This document shows, piece by piece, positions 1 to 12,249 of a stretch of DNA of 64,000 nucleotides (within the stretch, counting starts at the first letter, position 1; each line of letters starts with the position of its first letter). A program made the translations under genes and the position numbers. The DNA is from Octopus bimaculoides (Eukaryota), in the NCBI RefSeq assembly GCF_001194135.2, contig NC_068984.1, positions 133,078,771-133,142,770 on the forward strand. Reading direction: 5' to 3'. The notes beneath the pieces were generated by a model. It saw only the letters and a list, made by a program, of their open reading frames with translations, did no database searches and was not told the DNA's origin.

Positions 1-312
1 TGAGTTCAGTCCCACTCTACAAAACCTCAGGTAAGTGTCTTCTACTGTAGCCCTGGGCCAACTATTGCCTTGTAAATGAATTTGGTACATGGAAATTGTG
101 TAGAAGCCCATTGTGTGTGTGTCTTCCACACCCCTTACCACTTGACAGTATTGGTTTGTTTATGTCTCTGTAACTTTGTAGTTTGGCAAAATAGACCAAT
201 AAATTAGGTACCAAGCTTAAAACAAATACTGGGGTTGATTTGTTTGACTAACCCCTTCAAGGCTGTGCCCCAGTACAGCTGCAGTCCAAAGACTGAAACA
301 AGTTAAAGGGAA
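1..312 (+). mobile_element. CORE-type tRNA-derived SINE (family A), cut by window start, diverged
   Basis: B-box-like GAGTTCAGTCCC, CORE-like GGTAAGTGTCTTCTACTGTAG, short (TG)n and 3' module ending GACTGAAACAAG; collinear with the full copies at 25075 and 36215. Confidence 0.85.
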
Positions 313-439
313 TTGAAAAGATGAAAAAAATTAGTATCATTTACGTGAAGCTTTGATACTCATGTGGAGTCCTGATATTCATTTATATGGAGTTTTGAAA
401 TTAATTTACATGAAGTATGATGATGGTAGCCTCAGTCAA

Positions 440-660
440 ATGAAGTATTAATACCAGTGTGGAGTGGGGACAAACACAGATGCAAAGACACATACATATA
501 CACACACAGTGGGCTTCTTTTAGTATCCATCTACCAAATCCACTTACAAGACTTTGGTCAACCTGAGGCTTCAGTAGAAGACACTTGCCAAAGGTGCCAC
601 ACAGTAAGACCAAACCTGGAATGACGTGTTTGGGAAGCAAACTTCTTACCACAGCCGCAC
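440..660 (-). mobile_element. Family A CORE-SINE, 5' half
   Basis: Reverse complement of head, GGCACCTTTGGCAAGTGTCTTCTACT and internal microsatellite. Confidence 0.85.
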
Positions 661-1426
661 CTGATGAAGTTTTGTATGAAGTCACAGCAGAAAACTGGTG
701 ACATATTTTGTTTGAAATATCATAGCTTAAGACCAGAGTATATCTGTTGGCCATTTCATGTTGTCACCAGAAAATTAGTGATATTGATCAGAGTGGAATG
801 GGCTTAAATTTCAATTTTAGTGGAGCTGTTCTCTTGTTACACCTCTCTAATTTGGATATTTGGTAAAAATAGTTTTATTTAATACTGACCTAGTAGCAAA
901 CAATCACACAATAATGAAATAGTAGTTAAAATTGATATTTAGTATTTTATCAGCTATTATTTTGAAAATAAAATTAGGGAAGTAAATGTCTATGCTTTGT
1001 GGCTTCTGTTCTAAGGATTTTGTTTTTATATTCAAATTCCATCCAAGTCAATTTATCTTTCCATCTTTCTGGGTCTGATAATGTACCACTGGTATGTTAA
1101 CTTAAATCAGTCAACTATAACTATCCCCGTATAAATATGTTTTTGAGGCCTTGGAAAAACAGCCCAGGGATTTTGAAAGTACAGTAAATATTTGTTATGG
1201 TGCTTTGTAGTTTGAGGTTTAAAATTCTGAGTTCAAATGCTATTTTAGTTTAAATTTATGTTTCCTCTGTAGTTGATTATAAATTAAGTAACTGTTGTAA
1301 GAAATATGCTCAAAGTTAGAATATAATAAAATATAATTCTTTAATTTCCTACTGTACAATACTATTCTTACATTTGGTATTGTGCACCTTCTTCTAGTAC
1401 TCATATTTTAGAATTCACCAAACATA

Positions 1427-1735
1427 TAGGCACAGGTGTAGCTGTGTGGTAAAAAGCTTGCTTCCAAACCACATGGTTCCGAGTTCAGTCCTACTGCATG
1501 GCACCTGGAGTAAATGTCTTTTATTATAGCTTTTGGTTGATCAAGGCCTTATGAGTGGATTTGGCCAACCACAAGCTTGTGAGATGGAAACAGAAAGGAA
1601 CCTGTCTCATATATATATGTATATATATGTATGTATGTATGTGATGGGTCAATTAATTCAACTGAAAATTCTTCAAGCCTATGCCCCAGCATGGCGGCAG
1701 TCTAATGACTGAAACAAGTAAAAAAGAAAAAAAAA
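1427..1735 (+). mobile_element. Family A CORE-SINE with internal deletion
   Basis: GCTGTGTGGTAAAAAGCTTGCTTCCAAACCACATGGTTCCGAGTTCAGTCC head; (TA)n(TATG)n; tail GACTGAAACAAGTAAAA plus A-run. Confidence 0.85.
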
Positions 1736-1915
1736 AACGATAAAACAAATTCTAACATTTGAGTGATAAAACCTTCCTTGACTGAGAATATTCAAATTCT
1801 GATCTTTCATATGTGGCACGTTGGCATTCATCAGTACATCTTTGTGTTCTGAATTCAACTTTACCTGTCATTCTTCTGGGATCATTAAAGTACCTATCAG
1901 ATACTAGGGTTGATA

Positions 1916-1983
<68 letters not shown>

Positions 1984-2879
1984 CCTCTCCCTCTGAATTG
2001 GCTACATTACAAGAGAAGAAGAGTCATGGGAGATTCCTCACAGCATCCTTTTCTCCTGAATTGGAGAAGGGAATAGCATGGGGCAAGCAGCCACTTCTGA
2101 TAGAAAAACTAGTATGCTACTACAACTGTCAAAGGGCAGCCCAATGTGTCCTACATCATGGAATGGAATGAAAAAAACATTATAAACAATAGTCTCTCAT
2201 TATACTTTCATTTTTTCCACTTGTATAAGACTTAAATCTTCCCAACTTAATGGCTGCAATTGTCTCATCATGAACATGTTTGTTATGTCTACATCTCTGC
2301 TTCTTATCATTTGCATTGTTTACTCTCCTACTTCATTCCAAGTACTACCATGTTATGAATAGCATTACCTCTCATCTTATGTATTTACACTAATCTCCAA
2401 CTTTAATACTACACTGACAGCATCATTCTTTTTGCTCATTTTTCCTCTCTTTTATTTTTATCTGAAAAGCCCCACATTTTATTGGCAATATACAAATGAA
2501 ACTCTTGCTTTTAGATGTACAAAAGAGGAGAGCAACAACAACTTCCTCTGTCAACACATTGATTATTTTGCTTTGAATAAAGAAGGATCTTCAACTGTAT
2601 AGAAGATCTAAGAATTTCAGAGTGATTTAGTTATCTTGCTAAGTATTTTGTAATTCATTTGTCTTCTCTCGTCTTTAATCATCTACTTAAACAAATTAAT
2701 TTCAGGTTTAGATAAAACTGAAGTACATACTCTTAGTTATTGTAGTAAACAGTGAACTTTCAATTGTAAAACAGAATTTGTTGATTGTGCTTGTCTTATT
2801 TTCTTTTGTTTTCGGACATATTTACATTGTCTTATCCATGTAAAGATGGCTGGAACATCGTGTTCTTTCTTTCAAATGT

Positions 2880-3300
2880 TTCCTCACATTAATTGTTTTT
2901 GGCTGAAGTATTGACGTGAAGACTATTTTCCAGTAACCGGTCTAAATCATGCAGTGTAAAGAACTTTGCCCAAAGATATAATTTAGCAGTTTGTCATCTG
3001 CAGTCTACAAACATATATCATATCATACCTTGAAACTGTGTGGACTGGGTTCCACCATTGACAGGCTTCTGGTTTTAAACATTTATAGAATACAAATTAG
3101 TAGTAACAGTTCTCAAGGGCTAGTAGATTTGAAATGTTTAGAAACAGATTTACTGCCTGTTTCTCTGAGATAGACACTTCTGATGAGACCCTAGCAAGGG
3201 TCGATAGTTGATTATGGCTCTTTATTTTTTCGAACTGCAGAGATTTGTTTCTATTTCTGCTGTGTTTACATATTCATATACAGCAATGCCTAAATACTTA
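2880..3300 (+). mobile_element. Decayed Penelope-like element 3' end (GIY-YIG remnant plus terminal repeat)
   Basis: Translated remnants KNFAQRYN and SAVYKHI resemble the PLE GIY-YIG RxLxxRxxEH...SAxxxH motifs; followed by a hammerhead-like CTGATGA stem-loop at 3180. Confidence 0.5.
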
Positions 3301-3350
3301 TTTAGACATCACCCATCTCTCTCAGTGAACATTACTCTCTCTCTCTAGAC

Positions 3351-3618
3351 CAGGGGTTTTCAAACTGTGGTCCGCAAGGACAAGACAGGGGGTCCGTGGA
3401 CAGCAAATACTTTTTATGGACAATTTGATTTTATATATGTTTTTTAATCAAAATCTTTTAATTGACAATAAACCTATTTTGTTAAATACTGTTAACTAAA
3501 TAAATGTAAAAATATATGTTATTTTAAGCAAATATTTATGTATAAATTTCATAAGTGTTTATAAGGTAAAGCCTGAAATATAAAGGGGTCCGCAAGTCAA
3601 AAAGTTTGAAAACCCCTG
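3351..3618. mobile_element. hAT (Charlie-type) MITE
   Basis: 16-bp perfect TIR CAGGGGTTTTCAAACT/AGTTTGAAAACCCCTG; perfect 8-bp TSD CTCTAGAC at 3343-3350 and 3619-3626; subterminal GGTCCGC motifs. Confidence 0.95.
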
Positions 3619-4852
3619 CTCTAGACAAACTGAAATTCTACTTCATCCACATCTAAAACCTTGCAGTCTATAAGAAAAATGTTTTCAACATTTTACAGAG
3701 ATACTGCTTGAAGTTTTTTATTCCATCGATTCACTGCTTTATTTACATTTCTGTTTAAAGTTTATCTTTTCATCTTGCAGCTATTAATCTTACCATAAAT
3801 TCTACTTTCTTGTCATTGCTACCTCATCTTAGTGCTCCACCAAGCTCTGCCTTTTGTTAGCTGCTGTAATTACTTCAAGTGTTAATCACCAATACACTAA
3901 ATTAATTGAATGATCAACAACAAATTTTACTTTTATATGTACTTTACTGCTTACCAGTCTGCCTATCAGCCATATTGCTTTTCCACATAATTTTATTGCT
4001 ATATGTTAGTTAGCTCTTCATTTTCTTTCCTTAATATTATTATTATTAATTTTTGTGGTTTTGCATTTCATTTCATTATAGTGTATATATTTAGCATCCT
4101 CTTTTCCGTTTTTTTCCTTGTTTTTAATGTCTAACTTGATGGCAAAGTAATTTCTGTGTTAAATTTACTAAGCATATGCAACATGACATGGCACATGAAA
4201 TGTAAACAAAATGTTCTCTACTAACTCCCGCATTGACTGAAGCTAAAAATTCCATTTACTTCCTTCCTTGCTATTATTTTCCTTCCATTACCCACTCATG
4301 CTATGTAACACAGAATTACTGAAAATATGCTTTCTTTTCTTTTACTTCTTTTTTTCTTATATTCCCTTCAGAAATAACCTTTCTTCACTGAATCTAGTTT
4401 GTCCAGCTGTATCTGATTTATATAATTCCTTATGGTCTCCATTGTTCACTTGAGCCTGCTCTGCTTTTTAGGTACATATTACATACCTAGTTGATTCTAT
4501 GAGTTCTAAAATTATGCCTTATCTAACAAATATACTGATCCATATGTGTTCAATCTGTTCCTTATTGTATAAAGCTGTATACTGGCTCTTATGTTCAGTC
4601 TATTCATTATATTATTTATGAAAATGGTAATACATCCCAGTCTTTGTTATGTAATAAAGGTACCATAGAAAAGCTCGTAATCCTGTAGCATTATCTGGGT
4701 CAATTTAACTTGTGTTCCAAATTATATCCACCATTATATGTTATAAAGTTGGACAAAACAGTTCAAGGCAACAAAACACTCTCCAATGTTACACTGCTAC
4801 CTCTGCCTACAATGATGAATTGTATCTCTTTATAATTTTTTAAATTTTATTT

Positions 4853-5137
4853 ATGCGCCCTTTTAAAGCCTAGCCAGGCTCATGGGCCCGGTTTCCCGGT
4901 TTCTATGGCGTATGTGTCCCCCCCCCCCAAGCTGGACATTGCAGCTTTACTCAAGAAACAGGAAGAAAGAGCGAGAGAAAGTCGGGGCGAAAGAGTACAA
5001 CAGGGGTTGCCACCACCCCCTGCCAGAGCCTCGTGGAGCTTTAGGTGTTTTCGCTCAATAAACACACACAACGCCCGGTCTGGGAATCGAAACCGTTAGT
5101 CTGCTGCCCTAACCACTGGGCCATTGCGCCTCCACAT
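4853..5137 (-). mobile_element. tRNA-derived SINE family C, variant 3' tail
   Basis: Head TGTGGAGGCGCAATGGCCCAGTGGTTAGGGCAGC shared with the 37332 and 60737 copies; different tail ending GAAACCGGGAAACCGGGCCCATGAGCCTGGCTAGGCTTTAAAAGGGCGCATAA. Confidence 0.9.
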
Positions 5138-5659
5138 CACTTCATAATACCTACTTACAACTACTTTGAGCGGGACATTAGTGTTTTATCCATTGACATA
5201 TTGCACTGCCATTGGCTGAATACAAAATTGTCAACACTTTGGAGTATTGTTGAAAATCCCTCTATCAGCTTATATATGTAGTGGATTATATCTGATGTCT
5301 CTTATATTGCTCATATCTTGGTCATGTTTGAACTTGATCTATTTCATGTATTACTCACTTGGTGGATCATATGTAAGGTAACTTTGTCACTTGTATTATA
5401 CATTCACTAGATCCTCTTTCAGGTCAGTCTATCTTTTACGTTGTTCAGGTAAGATGACTTAAGAGATAAGAGATAATGGACAGTTTTTCATAGGTTGTGA
5501 GTTCAAATCCACTAAAGATGTTTTATTCATGCTTCTGGCCAGAGTACTCTCTTCTACATTGTCTCAGGTCATTTAGATTTCAAAGGGAATGATTACCAGA
5601 TCGTTCACTTCAAACTTGTGGAACAATTAAATTTTTACATTTCTTTTTTATATTGATTT

Positions 5660-5850
5660 TAAATTTTGGTACATGGCCAGCAATTTTAGAGGAAGGGGCT
5701 TGTGAGTTACATCAATCCAACTGGTACCTATTTTATCAATTCTGAAAGGATGAAAAGCAAAGTCAGCCTCAGCAGAATTGAACTCAGAGCATAAAGACTG
5801 ACTGCTAAGCGTTTTGCTTGGCATGCTAATGATTCTACCAGCTCACCTAC
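5660..5850 (-). mobile_element. tRNA-derived SINE family B (Nin/Ceph-domain-like)
   Basis: Reverse complement of GAGCTGGTAGAATCATTAGCATGCC...GAGTTCAATTCTGCTGAGGCTGACTTTGCTTTTCATCCTTTCAG. Confidence 0.8.
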
Positions 5851-6395
5851 TTTGTTTCTCTTTTATATTACATGGTTAGGAGATCAAATTTAAATTTCAT
5901 ATATACTCAGTGATGTGTAATGTTTACCTCTGCCAAGTCTATCTTTTATTAATACATGGCATCTCTCATTCTCTCATGCACACAAACAAACAGAATATTT
6001 ACTTCAGCTAATTTCTGTTCAGCAAGAAAATCTGATTGTTGCCAACAATGACTGTAGTCCCTACATCTCTTCAGTCACTGCCAATTCTCAATCCTATGCT
6101 TGTTCTAATTCTAGTAACACTAGTATTAGGTCATCCCAATAACAGGGCCTACTTGCGAAGTTTTATCGTTAAGGCCTTGATTGGAATTCATTGACTGTTA
6201 GTTTACTGTATTTCATTTATAACCATTGATTGTGTTCCCAGTATAGTATCAAATTGTATCCTACTCAGTAGATTTTCCTATCATTGATGATTTATGAAAG
6301 AGTTTTTACCTTAACTTCCATTGGCTGACAGAAATACTCTTTATAACATTACTTAATTCTTGTCTCTTTTCATAATAGTCATAAGTATATATATA

Positions 6396-6635
6396 TCATC
6401 ATCATCATCATTTATTTAATGTCTGCTTTCCATGCTGGCATGGGTTGGACGGTTTGACAGAGGACTGGCCAGCCAGATGGCTGCACCAGGCTCCAATCTG
6501 ATCTGGCAGAGTTTCTACAGCTGGATGCCCTTTGAGAGTGGAGCGGGTGCTTTTACGTGCTGCCGGCATGAGGGCCAGTCAGGCAGTACTGGCAACGGCC
6601 ACGCTCAAATGGTGTTTTTTACGTGCCACCTGCAT
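6396..6635 (-). mobile_element. RTE-LINE 3' UTR / non-autonomous tail with (GAT)n end
   Basis: Reverse complement of GGCATCCAGCTGTAGAAAC...AACCCATGCCAGCATGGAAAGCAGAC plus (ATG)n; same module as 39315-39662. Confidence 0.85.
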
Positions 6636-6636
6636 G

Positions 6637-6683
<47 letters not shown>

Positions 6684-7040
6684 ATGTAGTATGTATGTAT
6701 TACTTAACTTTCTTGCGAGTCTTGTTTGTTTTTGTTTTATATTTGCTCATATTTATGTGATGAACTCTTGACTCAAGAAACAGTGAAATGAAATTTACAG
6801 TATATTAATATTGATATTTGAAATTGGCATCAGATTACTAAATTTTTTTCTTTGGGTGAGGTGCAGGGTAAAGTTACAAGCAGTTGTGTCAAAGTACAAA
6901 TGTAATATAGTGAGCTGAAAATCTCTGATTAACTAAGATTATCTTTGTAATAACACAAAAATATTCCTCAAAGGGTGTTTTGAGCCTGAAGTAATGTTAG
7001 CCAACTTGAGCCCTGACAGGATTGAGTATAAAGAGAATAT

Positions 7041-7343
7041 TTTCACTTCCTCGTCACTGGAATAATGTTTGCCTCTCAAACCCTCTTTCATGGGGCCGAA
7101 GAGATGATAGTCCAGTGACGAGGAAGTAAAAACGGTAGTGAAGAAGTGGCTCAAAGAACAGTCAACAGAATTTTACAGAGTAGGGATACATGCTCTCATA
7201 CGAAGGTAGAACATTGCTATGTTGAGAAGTAGGGATGTGATCCACAGAGGACCAGCTTCATCTTGATGTATGATACATGTTCCTGTGTTGGTAATTATAC
7301 CTGTCCTAAACAAAATGACATTACTTTTTGACTCACCCTCGTA
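7041..7343 (+). mobile_element. Mariner transposon 3' fragment with internal inversion
   Basis: Minus 7115-7041 encodes DYHLFGPMKEGLRGKHYSSDEEVK; plus 7111 onward encodes SSDEEVKTVVKKWLKEQSTEFYRVGIHALIRR (mariner C-terminus after YSPDLAPSDY); ends in TIR-like ATTACTTTTTGACTCACCCTCG plus TA. Confidence 0.9.
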
Positions 7344-8127
7344 ACACTGGCACGGCAAAAAAGGTATAGCTGACTCTAGGGAGATTTGAACTTAGAAAGT
7401 AGAGAGACAAAACTAAATATTGCAAAGCATTTCTGTATTTATGAGTTCCCTGTTATTATAAAGGCCAGCAAATTTGATTCTTTTCTTCTATTTCTATTTT
7501 GAGACTGCACAGCCTAACTTGCATCTTTTATCAGAAACATATAAGACAATTCTCCTTGAAAATTTAGTTTCAGAAATTCATATCTCAGAATTCTATTTTA
7601 AATCTATTTATTTATTTATTATTGTTATTATACACTTCTCTCAAAAGCCATCACTAGTTTTTCTAGTTGACTAGTTTGTTTCTAACGCTTGTATATTTTT
7701 AGCTTGCTCTACAACAATTTCTATTTGAATAAGCAGTTGAGATTTATTTTGATAATACAAGTTTTAAGATCTGAAACTCCCAGATGTGTCATTGTTTTAG
7801 CTAATGTCCTGTATTTCTGTGGTTATGATAATTCTGCAGTAATATAACTGGTGAGAGAAGGCTTTGATCTGGTTTGGATTTCCGTTTGAAGTTACCTTTA
7901 CTTACTCACTTGATGGTCTTGAGAAGACAATGAGTATCAATGTTTCATTTGTCATTTACTTTCCCTTGAAAATCTGAAATATCGTGTTTTCTGAAAAAAT
8001 CCTTATTCAATGTTTCTGGAACAATGATAATATTTTTTTAAACTCCATGTCAACCCTGGGCAAACAGACATGCGGTGAGCAAAGATGGTCCAGCTATGAC
8101 TGTCCTGTATTTTTATTGGACACAGCA

Positions 8128-8352
8128 TACACAAAGGTATGCTGAAAAGTTCCTGGCTTTGGGTAAAAGAAAATACAGAACAATCAGTTAATTATGATTT
8201 TATTCAATATATCCCCTCCTCAGATTCACACACTTGTTGCAGCAGTCCTTCAGTGTTTCTAAGCCATGTAAAATAAATTGGAAGGTTGAGCCTCCAGCCA
8301 GGCCTTTCGCAATACTCTTAAAGCCAAGAACTTTTCAGCACTGTTTGTATAG
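8128..8352. mobile_element. Tc1/mariner-type MITE
   Basis: Imperfect TIRs TGCTGAAAAGTTCCTGGCTTT / AAAGCCAAGAACTTTTCAGCA with TA termini; an internal fragment recurs at about 20500-20580. Confidence 0.85.
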
Positions 8353-11300
8353 TATATATATATATATATAGGACTACAATAATCTAGGGAGCTTTTTTCC
8401 CCCAGGACGTGATGAATTGAAGATTTGACAGCTAATTTTAGTAGGTCAATCAACTGTGTAGAAGCTTCTTTTTTGGTTCATTGAACTATAGAGTTGACAA
8501 AAATGATGGAAATGCATCTACTTTTAGTCATACTTGAGTTCAATCCAGTCAACATTGACTTTGTCTTTCATTCTTATGGAGTTCATAAAATATGTACCTG
8601 TTATAAATTAGACTTGTGTTCATTGACTGCATCACCCCTTTTACAAGAAGTTACCTTGTTCCTAATGACAAATTGATAGGATGGCATTAAAATAAAAAAA
8701 CCTGCTTCAAAGCTGTTTTGTATGTTGTGCTTGCCTCTGTTTCATTTGCCTTCCTACATATGTCTAATAAAACAAAGATTGTATTTTTTTTCTTCCTATT
8801 TAGCTGCATTTCTGACAGAATCTAGTTCAGACAAATAGTTGATCTAATTTCGTAATCTCAGTGAAATGACCTGGAATAAATTGCCACAAAGTCAGCAACT
8901 TTAAGCAATTTTCCTTGATAATTCATCTGAGTTTCTTTCTCATTTTTTCTCTTAATTCTGTGAACCTATGAACCTCCTTTCCCTTTGCCTGCTGTAAATT
9001 GTTGTGTAATCTGTGGGAATAGACAGTGTATGCTAATAAGATACATACATTAGATCAGTGTCAATTGAATTTCTGGGAAACAAATGGGTTGCTTTTATTT
9101 ACGAGAGAAAAGTGAGAGAGGGGGCAGTATGTATGTGCATGTGTAGTTTTCTGGTGCCCAAGTATTTAACTTATTTATATATTGTTGGCAAAGCTAGTAT
9201 AAAATTTACAAAAAGCCTATAACCTTTATAGATTGTCTCCTGGTGATGAAGGTGAGGGAAATGTCTAGTCACCTGACAGATATTATACAGAGATACACAT
9301 AAGGTAAGGGAGAGCAGAGTCTTTAACTCCATTACTACCCTCTTGGATTGTAATGCAATTAATGTTGTCAGTAGTTAGTTGTTAGAGGGAGATGAGGACA
9401 CAGTTTTGGAGAAAACACAAATACTACAAACACAAGTTCAGGAAAATGTTGAGATTTACTTTAAGTGGACAGAGAGTTTGTAGTTGAAATTTTGGCTAAT
9501 TTTTCGTTACAACTTCTAGGGGCCAATCCTATACCCTAAAATGAATGGCAGAACATTGCCATGAGGGAAATATTAGCAGCATTTTATAATGAGTTGTTCT
9601 GATGTAGCCCCAGTGCAGCCTTGGTTGAATAGACCTGTGGTACATAGGTAACCAGCTTGGCCAAATGGTTACAATGATGCACTCATGATTGTAAGATTGG
9701 GTTTTGCTTCCTAGACCACATTGTGTTCTTGAGTAAAATACTATATTTCACATTGCTCCAGTCTACTCAGCTGCAATAGCTGAAAAGTTAACCTTGCAAT
9801 GGTCCAGCATCCTATTCAGAGGGAAGTGTTGTTATCTCAGCCATTTATATGCCATGGAAATGGAGTTAAGTTCCAGTATTATGAGTCCTAGTACTCAAAA
9901 CAGATCTAATATAGGCAATCGACTTAGGTGCAATTTACTGATCTATTGTTCAAAATATATCAGCCCCACCGTCAAATTAACAACCATACTGCACATCCCA
10001 CCATGTGGTGATTAATTGTATCAAGTGAAATGTGACATGTATAAGGATGGAAATACATGTGGCACACTAACCACTGTCTTGTGTACTTTTGTATATCTGT
10101 AGATTATAGCAAAAGTAGACAAGTTTGAACTCAGTCAGAATGTGGCAGTTGCTAGTCCTCTGCACTTATCCAGTAATCCTATGACCATTGTAGATATATT
10201 GAACATAATTCTTAATAATGAAGAGTTTTATCTATATATATTATCTGGGTGTTATTTATTTAATCTATTCTAATACAGACTGTTGCTCCATCATACAAAT
10301 GTCATTCAAAGCAGCAGATTCAGACCCTGTAAAGGGAAATTGAAACAAGAATAAGTATTGAATCTATGAAAGAAGTTCATTCACCTTATAGTTTTCTCTG
10401 CTGAAGATGTCTCCTTCCTAGGTGAAGTCAATGACAATTGTTAAACTAAGTAAATGCAGAAGTTGTATGTATGTGTACAAGAACAGAAAGTTAGAGGAAC
10501 AAGTCTATCTACTAAGTATCCAAGCCTTATTATAGATTGTGTTAGAGGTTCTTGTTAATGGTAGAAACATAGGCTAAATGAAAACTTAAGTTTTCAAGAG
10601 CATGATTCTGACTGAAAGAGAAATAGCAAGTATTAAAGCAAGTATTAGTAGAATCTATCTTTTCAAATTCCTTACTTGGAAGAAAACCAGAGAACTTCAT
10701 CTTATCAAAGAAATGCCTTAGTTTAAGTACTCTCGTCAGAAAATGTTATGAGTAGATCACATATAGGAAATGTTAGTTGGAGGGGTAATGTGAAATTGAA
10801 GGATGGGTTAAATTTAGAACTTTAAGTCCTGTATATTAAGTATTATATGAAGAATAAGTTGTGTACATTTAGTATTATATACAGCATAGGTCATGTTTTT
10901 CTAGTATTATGTACAACATAGAAGTCAACAGTGATAGATATAGGAAGGATACAAACAATGAAATGCAAGTGAACAAATATTACTTATAATAATAATATTA
11001 CTGTTTGATAGGAAAAAGCCATAGATTAGATGAAAACAGTAGTGAATAGTGACCTGAAAAGAACTGGGTAGGGGTCGGTGTATGTGGGTGTGGGGGAGTT
11101 AATGGTCACAAATATAAGATGAGATAATGAGATTAAGTCTAAGAAAGAAAAACAAATATTATAATGAGATTAAAATGTTTGTAACATCCTCTTATATTAT
11201 TCCATATAATAGATCAATAAAGTTAAACATGCTATTGTTACAATATATTTAAGTATCATCATACATGTTTCTTTTCCTTTTCTAAAGTTAAATAATATAG

Positions 11301-11538
11301 GATATGATTGTATAGTCTCATTTGTTTGTTTTGGTTTACATTTGACATTTGCTTGGAAATATTCAAACGCATCTTATCTTTGCTACCACTACCCACTGAT
11401 TATCAAACAGAAACTGCGTTGTCTTCTTTCTTTAGGCTCGCTGGAATTCTTCTGTTTGCAGATAGCTTCAAATATTTTACTAATCTTGATTAATTCCATC
11501 ATTTATCTTTATTGTTTTAATGGCAATTAGGCAACATT

Positions 11539-11935
11539 CCCTTTATTTTCAGTCGTAATTGTGCGCAAAAATATACTGTGCACATTTTTTTCCTGTAACA
11601 AAAGTATATGCACACTAAATGTCAAAAAAGAAGTATAATTCATATTTAATGCTTATTTCAGGCAACTAATCTTCTGTGCAGATATTAATTTCTTTTGTGT
11701 GCTAATTGCAAAATGTCTGTGCATGCACATGTACATAGCTTAGAGAGAATGGTGCCCTTAATTTTCAGTAGTGTGTGTGAAAATATTATGCTAAGCACTT
11801 TTTCCCTGTGACAAAAGTATGTACTTACTGAATGTAAAAAAAATGAACTATAATGCTTATTTTTAGTAACTAATTTTCTGTGCACATGTTAATGCACTAG
11901 TTGCAATATGTGAGTGCTGTGCACATGCATGTAAA
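11539..11935. repeat. Diverged tandem duplication, about 216-bp period
   Basis: Units start CCCTT(T/A)ATTTTCAGT at 11539 and 11755; shared blocks CCTGT(A/G)ACAAAAGTAT, TAATGCTTATTT, CTAAT(C/T)TTCTGTGCA. Confidence 0.8.
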
Positions 11936-12249
11936 AAGGGGAAATGGTAGTGGGTGCTGAGATGCAATAGTAAGTTCTTGTCACACTCCATAACCTTATT
12001 TCAGTTCTCAGGTGAAACTATATCACTTTATTCTTAATATTCAAGGGTAGGGCTTCAGTATTGCAACTTCTTCTCCAACAAATAGAAATTGCTATGCAAT
12101 ATCTAAGAAAATATTACTAATTTTTATGTCTGGTTAGACATGCTCAACATTTTCTATCTTGCAAACTAGCATTTGTGTAATTCTAATTATAATACATCTA
12201 TTTGTGACTGCTAATATTTTCCAGTCTGTTCTAACAATTCTTTTCTGAA

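Noticed and set aside
3030-3075. Minus-strand 40-nt exon KPVNGGTQSTQFQ with AAG|GTATGA donor
   Set aside because: Poor acceptor, and it lies within the PLE remnant
7905-7975. Minus-strand exon between TTTCAG and GTGAGT/GTAAGT
   Set aside because: Stops in all frames and no independent support; such motifs are common in AT-rich DNA
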